64,000 bases of DNA from an uncultured Methanosarcinaceae archaeon (GTDB lineage: Archaea; Halobacteriota; Methanosarcinia; Methanosarcinales; Methanosarcinaceae), in NCBI GenBank assembly GCA_963847185.1, contig CAWJYV010000008.1:1024001-1088000 (forward strand), read 5' to 3'. Shown piece by piece: positions 22,235 through 33,652 of this stretch. Numbering within the stretch: position 1 is the first letter of the stretch; each line of letters opens with the position of its first letter. The position numbers and the translations under genes were made by a program. The notes beneath the pieces were generated by a model. That model saw only the letters and a list, made by a program, of their open reading frames with translations, was not told the DNA's origin and ran no database searches.

Positions 22235-23386
22235 ATGGTAAATTATTGGTTGGATTTATTTACGGGAGTTACTTGGGAAGACTTTCGAAGAGCAGGTGCA
22301 AATGTTAGTGGATTTCGGGAAAATCGTAAGAAAACAATTAATAAAGTAAAGGAAGGAGACATCCTTCTTTGCTATACTACGGGTATTATGCATTGGGTTG
22401 GAGCACTAGAAGTTATTGGCCCTAGCACTGATACTCGAAAAATTTGGAATTTAGAGGATAAATCTGAAACTTTAGAATTTCCTTCAAGGTTAGACGTAAA
22501 GCCAATAATCATACTTGATCCTGAATATGGTGTACCTATGGCTGAATTGGAAGGCAAAGTTAGTTTTTATCAGGATCCTACCGATCGCCTTAAAGGTTTT
22601 AAAGGATTTATCAGGGGAAGTCTTGGTAAATTTGGAACAGAAGATGGAGATCTTATCTTTAAGCTCTTAAGAGAGGCGGAAGAAAAACCTCAGAAGAAAC
22701 AAATAGACCCTAAAAAATGGAAAAAGGTTCCATTATATAAAACCAAACAGGGCGAACTTGACAGAGTTGTAAGTGTTCCTGATTCACAAGATGAGATTAA
22801 TAATGAAGAAACAATTAGTAAGCATAAAGTATCAGATCCCACAGAACATACCGAGATTCAATATTATCTGCTGGATTTAGGCTCAAAAATGGGCTTGAAT
22901 GTACGGGCTGCAACAAATGATTTTTCTAAAGAATTCAATGGTATTAGTTTTGCATCAATACCAAATACTATCTCAGAATTACCACTGCAATTTAATGAAG
23001 CTACCCAAAAAACAATCGAATTAATAGATGTTCTTTGGTTAAAAGGAAATACAATCGTTGCGGCCTTTGAGATTGAGTATTCAACATCCATATATTCAGG
23101 CCTTCTAAGAATGAGTGATTTAATTGCCCTTCAACCAAATCTGGATATAAAATTATACTTAGTTGCTCCCGATGCTCGAGGAGATAAAGTTAGAAGAGAA
23201 ATACTGAGACCCACCTTTGAGTATTTACAAAAGCCACTTTCGAAGACATGTGGTTTTATTCCATTCTCAGATTTGAAGGATAAAGCATCAAAAATTAAAG
23301 CTTTAGGTATTGCTCCTCATCTGAGTCCAAACTTTTTGGATGGAGTAGCTGAATACTTTTCCATAGAAAGTGAGTATCAGGAATAA
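22235..23386 (+). CDS. EVE-domain plus PD-(D/E)XK-like nuclease; putative modification-dependent restriction endonuclease
   Basis: N-terminal EVE/PUA-like NYWLDLFT..TW...VKEGDILLCY; C-terminal HTEIQ..L, IDVLW, AAFEIEYSTSIYSGLLRMSDL. Confidence 0.75.
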   Translation: MVNYWLDLFTGVTWEDFRRAGANVSGFRENRKKTINKVKEGDILLCYTTGIMHWVGALEVIGPSTDTRKIWNLEDKSETLEFPSRLDVKPIIILDPEYGVPMAELEGKVSFYQDPTDRLKGFKGFIRGSLGKFGTEDGDLIFKLLREAEEKPQKKQIDPKKWKKVPLYKTKQGELDRVVSVPDSQDEINNEETISKHKVSDPTEHTEIQYYLLDLGSKMGLNVRAATNDFSKEFNGISFASIPNTISELPLQFNEATQKTIELIDVLWLKGNTIVAAFEIEYSTSIYSGLLRMSDLIALQPNLDIKLYLVAPDARGDKVRREILRPTFEYLQKPLSKTCGFIPFSDLKDKASKIKALGIAPHLSPNFLDGVAEYFSIESEYQE

Positions 23387-23505
23387 TTAAATGCCGGTTT
23401 TACGGAGATTAACGATAGAGGTAGCAGCTAAAAATGAAATAAATGTAAAAATTCCCAAAATCATAAAAACCCTCAAATAAAACTCAGGGTCACATTTTTT
23501 CCATA

Positions 23506-26500
23506 TTATTTCAATAAGTTCTTCACCCGAATCCCCGTTAATCTGCAAACTCCATAACTTAATTCAATTTCAAATTCTCTTTCTTCCCCATTTTGCTTGC
23601 AGAAATCCACCAGATTGAGCATATGGTTAAACCCATCAGCTGCTTTTTTATTCTGAAGGATCTCTAAGGGTGGTTCCAGTAATGGGCGCGGTAAAAAGAC
23701 TATGCATTTGGATTTTGCCCTGGTAATCGATACATTCAGCCTGTTCAAACTGTAAATGAACTCTGCTTCATTCATTGCTGTGTCAGTATCGCTGACTCCG
23801 TAGCTTACTATGACAGCGTCTGCTTCCTGACCCTGAGTTTTATCAACCGTATCTACAAAGGGGCTTTGATGCCAGGTTCTTAACTTACTGAGATGGCTCT
23901 GGATTGTGCGGATCTGGGCACGGTGGGGGCTGACAATAAAGAGATTGTTTTTCCAGAAGGCAGAATCTCCCTCTTCGTTATCAGGGTATTTTTTATGCGT
24001 TTCTCCCCGGAGCAAATGTTCTCTTAAGTGTACTGCAAGTTTTGCAACAAGTTCGGCTTCTATTTCGTTTTCTACTGTCGCCTGAGTGTTTTCAAGAATA
24101 ATTACACTTAAAGAGTAGTCCGGATCAAGAATCCAGTTTATTAATTCTGCCTCTAATCCCGCTTCTATTTCTACTTCCGTTTCCGGCAAAATTTCATTGT
24201 TTGAAGGCAGGAGTTTAAGTTTTTGATTTGCAATCTCTTCTGTTGCCGGTTTATACCCTTCTCCGTAAAGGGTTGTTGAAGAGAAGCTGGATAGATGTTT
24301 CGTTCATTCTCCAGTTTTCAAGAAGCTGGCAGGTATATTTCGGATTCTCAGCATCATCTCTATGTCGCAGGTATGAGAATATCGAGTCATATAAGCCAGG
24401 GAGGCCGTCTTCTGTTTCCGGATAATCTCCTGCGATAATCGGAGGCAGCTGGAGATCGTCACCGGCTAAAACGAGTCTTTTTCCTTCCTCTAAAATTGAC
24501 ATTCCGAGAGCTAATTCTGCGGGTTTCATCTGAGAGGCTTCGTCAACAATAAGGATGTCAAAAGGATTCATTTTTCTCCTTATTTTGTTGAAACTGTTGA
24601 CAGTACCGCCCAGAATAAGGAAAGGAGAATCTAACTTGTCCTGAATTTCGTATTCTGACTGGACTCTTAAAAGTTGCTGCCCTTTGCCTGTTTTTATGTC
24701 TTTTAGCTTGTAGATCTCAAGTCCGTTGCCAAATTTCCACTCTTGGGAGAGCTCCTGGATTTTTATAAGGAGATTTTCGATTGCAGAATGCGTAAAGGCT
24801 GTAACAGCAATATGGATCTTTTCTCTCCTTTCCATTTTGGCTTTTACAAAGTTGAGAATTGCTCTGGCAAGGAAGTAAGTCTTTCCTGTGCCTGGAGGTC
24901 CCCAGATAAGGGTCAGTCTATTATTTACCATGTGCTCAAAAGCTCTTTTCTGGCTTTCCGTAAAACCGGATTCAAGAGCATATTTTTGGGCAATTTCGAA
25001 AAAGGAATTTGAAGAAGAATTGGAACGGGAACTAGATTCCCTGATTGGGACTGCAAATTCATGAGGATTTCGGAGAAGGCGGATAAAATCGTGTTCAAGC
25101 TGCTCATCCATTTCTGTGAGCCTGTCAAATATTCTTTCCGAGGAAAAATCAGTAAATCTGGGATGAAGTACAGCTTCGTCTCCTGTTTTAAAAGGTTGCT
25201 GCCCTTCGTTGTATGAAATTTCAAGGAAAAAACCCATTAATTTTCCGGTTTTTTCGTTCTCTATTTTCTTGTTTACAATGGCAAAACATACATTGCTCTG
25301 GCCTGGGTTCCTGAGATTTGTCCTGTACCTGTAATCTTCAAAAGTAAGCTGGGCTTTTTCACCTGCTTCCCCTTTTGGTACAAGAAGGTAACTGATATTT
25401 TCATTTTGCTCAAATAGTCTGAAGTCAACGTCTGCAGATACTTTCCATAAATTTTGCTCCAAATATTGTATAGGGATACTGATTCCTTCTTTTACTCTTG
25501 TATCCCAGGGCAGACTGCGTTTTTCACGAATTTCCATATTCCTCAGGTAGGATTCATATCTGGTAATGAAAATCATCTGAGAAATTTCAGGATAATTATA
25601 TTTTTTAGACGCAGGAATCTGGAATTTGGGGGCCCAGGAGACTAAATAATTCTCAGTTTTAGCGCGAAGCCCTTCCAGTACGCTGCTTGTGGCTAAAAGC
25701 CTCATTGAGAGTTCTTTTCTGATCCAGTCGATGGCTTCAATTCTATTACTTTCCCAGGCCATTGAAATTGCATCGCTTTTAAGCGCATTGCTTTGCTCAA
25801 ACCAGAATAAGCTGTTCGGATTAATTTTGAAGTCTAAATTCGGATTTGGCAAAGCTTCTACTACTTCCGGAAGCCTTAGAGAAAAAGGAATAGGTAAACT
25901 TACAAGCTTTTGGATTTCATTAGTCAGCACAACTATCGGAAAAGAAGCCCTGGAAAGAGGGTGCTGCTTTTCATTAAATAAAGAGGGATCCTGGAAGTAG
26001 AATAGTAAATCTAATGCGACTGCTGCCAGCCCGACATCTTTAACGGACTCTCGTAACAGTTCTTTTAATAAGTCAAGCTCGTAGCTGTCATAAACATATA
26101 TCTGAAGAGATTTTTGCTCCTTCCATTCAAGATTGCCATCATACATTTCATTATATTCGTGCAGTATTTTTAGCTCCCCAAATAGATCAAGCAGGAAACT
26201 CTTTTGAATTTCCGTACATTTTTCAGGACTTTCAGCTACGTAGATTCGTTCATTTACTGCATCTCCGTAAACTGATTTACCCTTAAACCGCCTGAAGCCG
26301 GCTGAATAGATCTGGCCTGAAACAGGCTCTTTCTGGAGGGTAATAAAGAGGCTTACATCTTCGTTTTTAGGTAACGCAAGTGAAGTCCTTTTATTGATTA
26401 CAACTTCTTTTTCTCTCAGAGCTCTTAATATATTACGTAAGGAATCTCCTTTATTTCGCAAAGATCCACAATTGCTTAAGACATCATCCGAGTTCTGATT

Positions 26501-27442
26501 ATTGAGAAAAACTTCCAGTTCGGAGAGAGAGTTTATTGAAGTTTGATTGCTTATTGAAGTTTGATTATTTATTGAAATCTGATTGTTTATTGAAGTCTGG
26601 TTCTCCCATTCTGCCCCTCTCAAGTATTTTCTTCCGCTAACCGAAAGGTAGGGAATAAGAGAAACAGAATATGACTCCTCAGCCTCTTTTCTACAATACT
26701 GGTAAAAATCACATAGCTCACAACGGCTATAAACATGCCATGGGACACTTTCAAGAGGAGATTCAAGGATTTTAGGTAACCGATAATGCAAAAATTCTTC
26801 AATTATCTTGGAATTGAAACTCAAATTGAATAATTCGGGTTCTTCCTGCCCATTAAGCCAGATTCCAGCCTGGTTTAAGTCCACCTGGATATCAATATAA
26901 TTTTTTGCCAGCACATCATTCAGCATCAGGGCATATAACGTAGCCTGGATTCTGTGGCTTGAACTTAATTCATCACTGGCCTTTACATCAATTATCTGTA
27001 AGCAGATGTCTCCCTGTTCCTTCTCTACAACCCGGACTAAATCAGGCCTGCAGGCGGAAAATCTGCATATTTCGGGAGATAAATGATAGTTTTGATAGAA
27101 CTGAGGTGAAACTAAAATTGTAGGCTGATAAACTGAATCTCCAGTCTTTAGTTTTCTGAATATTTCCAGGCTTGCCTCTATAGAATGTGATCTTTCATGA
27201 AGAGCCTCTTGTCCTGCAGGAATTATTACATTGCTTTTCAGTTTATTGAGAATTACGGACTCTTCCCATTTATTTCCTGCATCTAAGAGGGCTTTTGTAA
27301 CCGGATTTTGATTTTGATTTACAACCGGAACTCCTATTTTACTACGCGCCTGTAAAGGAGTAGCATTAAATCGAAGATAGCGTTCACAATTGTGATAAAA
27401 AAATCTGGCTATTAACGAGGGACTTAGATTGTGTTTTACCAT
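23506..27442 (-). CDS. Dna2/Cas4-like Fe-S PD-(D/E)XK nuclease fused to UPF1/Dna2-type SF1 helicase; split by a +1 frameshift at ~24295
   Basis: Cys19 plus CELCDFYQYC staple; RPDL..IIDVK..H.IQ..LY nuclease motifs; GPPGTGKT, VDEASQ, GDDLQLPP, SPHRAQ, TVDKTQGQE, RLNVSITRAK helicase motifs. Removing one base gives MNET-LSSFSSTTLYGEGY. Confidence 0.85.
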
Positions 27443-28000
27443 TTAACCACTGAAGATCAATAATAATTACTTAAAAAATATACTTGCAAGTTAGATACGA
27501 ATAACAGTCATGATTTATAATAATTGGCATTTACTTCTGGACTGTAAAATAAAAACTAATTGATCCAAGCAGAGCCTGATTTATCTGGCGAAATCTATTA
27601 GCAAGCAACTTAGCAAGCATAACTTTACAAAAAATGAGAAACAATCTGATTATTCACGATCAACCTGCTGCCTGAAATATAAAAGATAAGTCTTAAAAAC
27701 CAACCTCTATAAATCAGTTATATCTCTTTTCTGCCGGTCGGTTGGGAATTGATCAAAGAAGAGAAGACTAAAAACAAAAACAGAGATTTAATATGTCTTC
27801 TTGAGTGAAGCTTTTTTTGAAGCTATAATTTCAGGTGACAGGATAAACAACGTTTAATCAAGAACCATGAATGTCAATAATTTGAATATATACTTCACTT
27901 TAGTACTTACGCGGTTGAAGCACTTTTGTAAATCATATTAAAATACTTCTTTCAATATAATATATGTAATATAATCAAAAGAAATCTTTGAGTTGAATGA

Positions 28001-28986
28001 ATAAATCCGGCTAAATGCACTGAACTTGATTACATCAACTTTCTCATTGCTTCTTCTCGAGTCTTCAGCTGTACTGAAGCTTCTAAGTGCAGTTTTATAG
28101 ACTCCACTAGTCCAGCCCATGACTCTTTTTCTCGTCTTCTTCTAAGGCAGCCTCCGGACACGGAGGCTTTATGGGAAGAAGTCAATGATTTTGTCATTCC
28201 TGACACTGGATTTCTTATTATCGATGATACCGTTCTTGATAAACCTTATTCCAAACACATTGATCTTGTCTACAGGCAATGGAGTGGTAAACATCATCAG
28301 ATTGTAAATGGGATTAATCTTGAAACCGTTGTCTGGACATATAATGATGCTATAATCCCTGTTGACTTTAGAATTTACGATATAGATACTGATGGAAAAA
28401 CAAAAAATGATCACTTCCTTGATATGCTAAATAAGGCAGAAGAACGCGGTTTTAGACCCGAATTTGTTCTGTTTGATACATGGTATTCAAGCATAAAGAA
28501 TCTCAAAGAAATCAGGAAAAAAGGATGGCACTGGTTAACAAGGTTGAAGAAAAACCGGTTAGTTAACCCTAATAAGACTGGTAATGTAGCAATTGAATTG
28601 TTAACTATTCCACCAGAAGGAATTACGGTTCATCTGAAAGAATACGGCTTTATTAAGGTATTTCGGATAGTTTCCAAAGAAGGAGACACGCAATACTGGG
28701 CTACAGATGTACTGGATATGAAGGAAGAAAAAAGGAAAGAGTTGGGGAAAAAAGCCTGGAAAATTGAAGAGTATCATAGAGGAATAAAACAGTTTTGTGG
28801 AGTAGAACGCTGTCAGGCAAGAAGAAACAATGTGCAAAGAGCACACATTATGATGGCGATAAGAGCATTTCTAAGATTTGAAATCCAAAGAATAAAAACA
28901 GGGATTACATGGTTTGAACAAAGAGGAACATTACAAGAAATGCTGTTAATCAATTTATAAGAAACCCAATATATACTTTGGATTAA
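28001..28986 (+). mobile_element. IS701-family DDE transposase pseudogene
   Basis: Frame open from ATA at 28001 (INPAKCTELDYINFL..., IIDDTVLDKPYS, FDTWYSS, WKIEEYHRGIKQ). Start codon appears mutated; 1-bp deletion near 28920. Candidate left end TAGTACTTACGCGGTTGA at 27901. Confidence 0.85.
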
Positions 28987-29006
28987 AACTTGAGAAAATT
29001 AAAAAG

Positions 29007-29025
29007 TTGCCTGCAAGGCAGGCAA
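29007..29025. terminator. Hairpin ttgcctgc-aag-gcaggcaa
   Basis: Perfect 8-bp stem just downstream of the transposase. Confidence 0.4.
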
Positions 29026-29561
29026 ATGTACAGATTTTGTAAAAAATAGATATTTTATTTTTGACTCCTGGGAGCATACATTTTTAAATAATCCTCTTTT
29101 ATCTATATCAATCAGAGGTTATATTAGCAAGAGATTCGAACTACCGTGCACTACCGGATAAAAGCGGTTCTGACCGATTTGTTTATATATGGAAATGATA
29201 TGTATAGTGAGCCATTAACTAGTTATAAGCCGCTAATTTCTGAGAATTTCTGGCCATTTTCGGGATCATACTTTTGATTATCAGGAGCCTGTAGCTGCTG
29301 GCATATAGGGGATGTATCCAATTTTTGGAACAGAGGCTCGGGAATTTTATATGGGAACAGAATAAAGTGCTGAAAGCTCAAACTTTGCCGGGCAGCGCAA
29401 AATCTGTGCAGAGGCAATGAACGATCATTCACGCTCATCGATTAAGGAAAAGCCCATTAGGGCATCCGAAAAGCAGACCCTGAGCGGCCTGAGGGCCGCA
29501 GACCAAATACAATAGCATATAAAGAACTATTCTAAATTGAATATCATTTTGGAGGAATCAC

Positions 29562-30185
29562 TTGGCAAGAAAGAAAGTACAAAGAAAAGTTGACGGATGG
29601 AAATCTAAGGAATGGTATAATATCGAAGCTCCTGTCTACTTAAACAGAGCTTCTGTCGGCAACACCATTGCAGGCGACCCGTCCCTGCTCATTGGTCGCA
29701 ATGTTGAAACCACTGTTGGGGAACTCACCAACGATATGACCAAGAACAATACAAAGGTCATTCTCAGGATCAACAATGTTGTGGGAGACACAGCAACAAC
29801 AGACCTTATTGGCCATGAACTCACAACCGACTATGTCCGTTCAATTGTAAAGAGGCAGACATCCAGGATCGATGCCAATATTGATGTAAAAACCAAAGAC
29901 GGATATACTATTCGTGTAAAACCCACCTGCTTTACCATCAAGAGGGCACGCTCAAGCCAGATAAAAGCCATCAGGGAAATGATGGTTGGAATCGTCAAAA
30001 AGCACGCCTCAGACTCCGATTTCGAGACTTTCATGCAGGAAGCAATCCTTGGCAGGCTCTCAGCAGCCATTTACAGACAGGCCAAATTCATCTACCCGCT
30101 CCGCAGAGTAGAAATCAGGAAAACCCAGGTTGAAGCTGCGCCGAAAGTTGCGCCCGCACTTGCAGCAAGCATAACTTCATTTTGA
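29562..30185 (+). CDS. rps3ae: 30S ribosomal protein S3Ae (eS1)
   Basis: [38 protein letters not shown]; GGAGG RBS with TTG start. Confidence 0.96.
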   Translation: MARKKVQRKVDGWKSKEWYNIEAPVYLNRASVGNTIAGDPSLLIGRNVETTVGELTNDMTKNNTKVILRINNVVGDTATTDLIGHELTTDYVRSIVKRQTSRIDANIDVKTKDGYTIRVKPTCFTIKRARSSQIKAIREMMVGIVKKHASDSDFETFMQEAILGRLSAAIYRQAKFIYPLRRVEIRKTQVEAAPKVAPALAASITSF

Positions 30186-30432
30186 GTTAAAAATTATAAG
30201 CAGGGGAAAATCCGAAAGGATTTTCTTATCTCTCTTTTAAAAATGTAGTTTTTGTTTTAATCTATTTATTCATTGGATTGCTTATTCATCTGAGTTTGCT
30301 CCTATCTGGATTGAGTCATTTTTTGAGTTTGTACCCGTCTGGATTTAGTTACTTTTTGAGGCCTGGTTGTTTCTTTAGATTACTACCTATTTTAGATTGC
30401 CTTCTTTTACCCGAGGGATTCTGGAACTATTA

Positions 30433-30708
30433 TCATTTTTTAGATCTAGCCAACGCATAATCTGCATAAATTTTCAAAAACTCCCTATCAGTTTGCAGGA
30501 GAACAGTTTCAAACATAGCTACGTGAATTTTTTCTTTCCTGGCGATGTCAAGCAGAATTTTACGAATTTCCTCGTTTTTCGTCAAATTTGCCATCTGTTC
30601 ATAGATATTGACAGCATCCAGTTCTGCAATCATCGCGACTCTGAGGATTTCCTTATCCAAGTCTTCAGGTTTCGTATTCTTAAGATCTGCAAGTACTTTT
30701 GAGAACAG
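30433..30708 (-). CDS. Small ferritin-like protein (encapsulated-ferritin/rubrerythrin half-domain type)
   Basis: EILRVAMIAELDAVNIYEQ and EKIH motifs. The frame extends to a CTG at 30708 behind a GGGGGAG RBS. Confidence 0.8.
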   Translation of the reverse strand: MFSKVLADLKNTKPEDLDKEILRVAMIAELDAVNIYEQMANLTKNEEIRKILLDIARKEKIHVAMFETVLLQTDREFLKIYADYALARSKK

Positions 30709-31276
30709 GCTTCTCCCCCCATAAATGCCTTGATAAGATATTGAAAGGCAAAAGTAATATTTTTTTCGATAGGAGATATAATTATGAAAAGATTAAAACT
30801 GAGGAAGTTAAATATGAAGTTGTCAAGAAAGGAATCTAAAAAAGTTCAATAAGAAAGCACAATAAAAAATTAGCTAAAAATTAGATTGAAAAAAATTATA
30901 CATAGAAACTATTATGCTTAAAACTTAAATATTCAAAATAATTAATAAATAATATCAAAATAAATGAACAATAAATGAACAAAACGGATTTATCTTTTCA
31001 AATAAAATTATACTTTTTTTAAAATATTTGACCATAAAATATGGTGAAAAAATGGTCTTTTACCAATTTAAAGGATAAATTAACTTAATTGACATCATTT
31101 TAAAAGAAAAACAAATTAATTATATTAGTTTAGACATAAATATAATTGGAAAAAGACTTATATATAAAATTTACAAATATCATAACAATAAACATAATTA
31201 TACATTTTCATGTCCCAGCCTGGGCTGGAGACCGCATCTGCATTTAGCAAAAAGCCAACTCCTGAGGCTGGAAAAC

Positions 31277-33472
31277 TTGAAAAACGTGGAATCATCCGTA
31301 CTTATAGTTATTATCCTTATTTCGTGTTTAATGAGCAGTTCATTTCTTGCTGCAGCTGTTGTAGAAAACTCTGAAGTTCCCCAAAATAATACATCTTGTT
31401 GTGCGCTTGAAACAGCACCTATGAACCCTGATTTTCAGGAATCCGGGGAGTCTGCTTCAATTGACCTTGTCTCCATAGTTGATGATCGTATATACGTGTC
31501 AGATGCAGGATACAAACCTTCTCCTGTAGATCTGTCCGAAATTGTGGAATCTGAAGTACTTGAAGGAAGACTGCTAGTGAGAGCTTCAGATGACATTCCG
31601 ACAGCATATGATTTGAGAAAAGAAGGTAAACTAACAGCTATAGGAAACCAGGGACAGATTGGAAGCTGCTGGGCTTTTTCAAGTATCGCTTCTCTTGAAT
31701 CCTATCTTTTAGGCACAGAAGGAAAAAGCTATGATTTTTCCGAAAACAATATGAAAAATCTTGTTTCAGAAAGCTATTCTGAGGGTTTTGACCTGACTCC
31801 TGAAGACGGAGGAAATGCATTCATGTCAACAGCATACCTTTCTCGCTGGGCAGGGCCTGTTAATGAATCCGAAGACCCTTACAGCGATTCATCAGTCAAT
31901 TCACCCACTGGGCTTTCTGAACAGAAACATGTGCAGGAAGTACTTTTCCTGCCATTAAGGACAGAGTCTCTGGACAATGAGATGCTCAAAAAAGCAATTA
32001 TGGAGTACGGGGCGATATATTCCACAATGTACTGGAATCAGGCCTGTTATCAGGAAAGCAATTACACCTATCGATGTATCACAAGTCTAACTCCAAATCA
32101 TGCTATAACCCTTGTGGGCTGGGATGACTCTTTTGATAGAAACAAATTTACTCTGGTCCCACCTGGAGACGGGGCTTTTATCGTAAAGAATAGCTGGGGT
32201 GAAAACTGGGGAGAGAATGGATACTTCTATATTTCTTATTATGATGCCAGAATGGGATATGATGAAAATGCCGTTTTTACGGCTGAGAAAAAAGATAATT
32301 ACGATTACATCTACCAGTATGACCCTCTTGGATGGGTGATATCAAAAGAGTATTCAGGAAGTTTAATTGCCTGGGGTGGGAATGTCTTTTCTTCGGAAAG
32401 AGATGAAACTCTCGGAGCCATAGGGTTCTATACTACTGATCTGAATACGGCTTATGAGATATATGTTTACAAGAACCCTGTAAGCGGTCCGCTTAATTCA
32501 AGAAGAGTATATGCTACAAGAGAAAGCGGTACATATTCTTTGCCAGGATATCACACCCACAAATTGAACTCTCCAGTGTCCCTGAATCCTGGAGAAAAGT
32601 TTTCAGTGGTTATAAAATTCACCAATCCTTCTGCTGGAGGGCCTCTTGCAGTCGAACAGCCCATTCTCTTTTACAGCAGCAAAGCACAGGCTAATTCCGG
32701 AGAGAGTTATGTGAGCAGTAACGGAATTACCTGGGAAGACATCTCCGGATCTTCAGAGGCAAATCTTTGCATAAAAGCTCTCACAACTACTGATATACTC
32801 CCTGAGGCAAATTTTTCCTCAAATATCAGAGGCGGAAATTATCCCCTCACAGTCCAGTTCATAGACCTCTCCAAAAATGCTTTTTCGTGGGAATGGGACC
32901 TGAACGGAGACGGACAAATAGATTCTACAGCTCAAAATCCAGTCTATACTTATGACGCTTACGGAAAGTACAATGTTTCTCTCAAAGTCAGCAACAGGAA
33001 TGGTATTGACTCCGAAACAAAACAAGATTACGTGACAGCAGCTTCTCTTTCGATCGTTTCAGCCAGCCCGGAAACATCTATCACAACCTATCAGGGAGAT
33101 ATGCAGGAGTTTAATCTCAACACAAACCAGATCTGCACTATAAGCTGGTACCTTAACGGAGAGATAAAAAGTTCGAACCTCCAGGTACAGAGCAGCTCAT
33201 ACTCTAACAGTAGCCTCTCTCCGGGATTCTATAATCTTACAGCATTTACCGAAATAGGAAATGAAGAAGTCATGTACAGCTGGAACTGGACAGTTCTTGA
33301 CTGGAATATCTGGGACAATCCGGCATCCCAGGGAGGCAAAAATGTTAGCACCGCAGAAATGAAAGAAGCTATTCATATCTATCTTAATGGAATGCAAATC
33401 TCCGAAACCGGAGCAAAAATAACAGATGAGAGGCTCAAAGAACTTATATATTTCTGGAAGGAAAATTCATAA
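31277..33472 (+). CDS. Secreted papain-family (C1A) cysteine peptidase with lectin-like, PKD and Ig-like domains and a dockerin-like C-terminal tail
   Basis: QGQIGSCWAF, NHAITLVGWDD, KNSWG catalytic motifs; YQYDPLGW lectin-like domain; WEWDLNGDG PKD. Confidence 0.92.
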   Translation: MKNVESSVLIVIILISCLMSSSFLAAAVVENSEVPQNNTSCCALETAPMNPDFQESGESASIDLVSIVDDRIYVSDAGYKPSPVDLSEIVESEVLEGRLLVRASDDIPTAYDLRKEGKLTAIGNQGQIGSCWAFSSIASLESYLLGTEGKSYDFSENNMKNLVSESYSEGFDLTPEDGGNAFMSTAYLSRWAGPVNESEDPYSDSSVNSPTGLSEQKHVQEVLFLPLRTESLDNEMLKKAIMEYGAIYSTMYWNQACYQESNYTYRCITSLTPNHAITLVGWDDSFDRNKFTLVPPGDGAFIVKNSWGENWGENGYFYISYYDARMGYDENAVFTAEKKDNYDYIYQYDPLGWVISKEYSGSLIAWGGNVFSSERDETLGAIGFYTTDLNTAYEIYVYKNPVSGPLNSRRVYATRESGTYSLPGYHTHKLNSPVSLNPGEKFSVVIKFTNPSAGGPLAVEQPILFYSSKAQANSGESYVSSNGITWEDISGSSEANLCIKALTTTDILPEANFSSNIRGGNYPLTVQFIDLSKNAFSWEWDLNGDGQIDSTAQNPVYTYDAYGKYNVSLKVSNRNGIDSETKQDYVTAASLSIVSASPETSITTYQGDMQEFNLNTNQICTISWYLNGEIKSSNLQVQSSSYSNSSLSPGFYNLTAFTEIGNEEVMYSWNWTVLDWNIWDNPASQGGKNVSTAEMKEAIHIYLNGMQISETGAKITDERLKELIYFWKENS

Positions 33473-33481
33473 AAATAAAAA

Positions 33482-33642
33482 AAGATAAGAAATAAGAAAA
33501 GATAAGAAATAAGAAAAGATAGAGAAAATAAGAAAAGATAAGAAATAAGAAAAGATAAGAAATAAGAAAAGATAAGAAATAAGAAAAGATAAGAAATAAG
33601 AAAAGATAAGAAATAAGAAAAGATTAAGAAATAAGAAAAGAG
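33482..33642. repeat. Tandem repeat, 17-bp unit (aagataagaaataagaa), ~9 copies
   Basis: Directly visible between convergent stop codons. Confidence 0.93.
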
Positions 33643-33652
33643 AAAAAGAGAT

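Noticed and set aside
16719-24300. Programmed ribosomal frameshifting in the split genes
   Set aside because: No slippery heptamers or long homopolymers at the junctions; sequencing error or point mutation is simpler.
15063-29000. Integrated element at tRNA-Leu
   Set aside because: No integrase, and I could not find a duplicated tRNA 3' end. Flanking genes are typical chromosomal Methanosarcina genes.
33482-33642. Tandem repeats (also 1174, 47006, 58238) as possible CRISPR arrays
   Set aside because: Units are contiguous with no unique spacers, and there is no cas operon. The Cas4-like domain at 27 kb is part of a helicase fusion.
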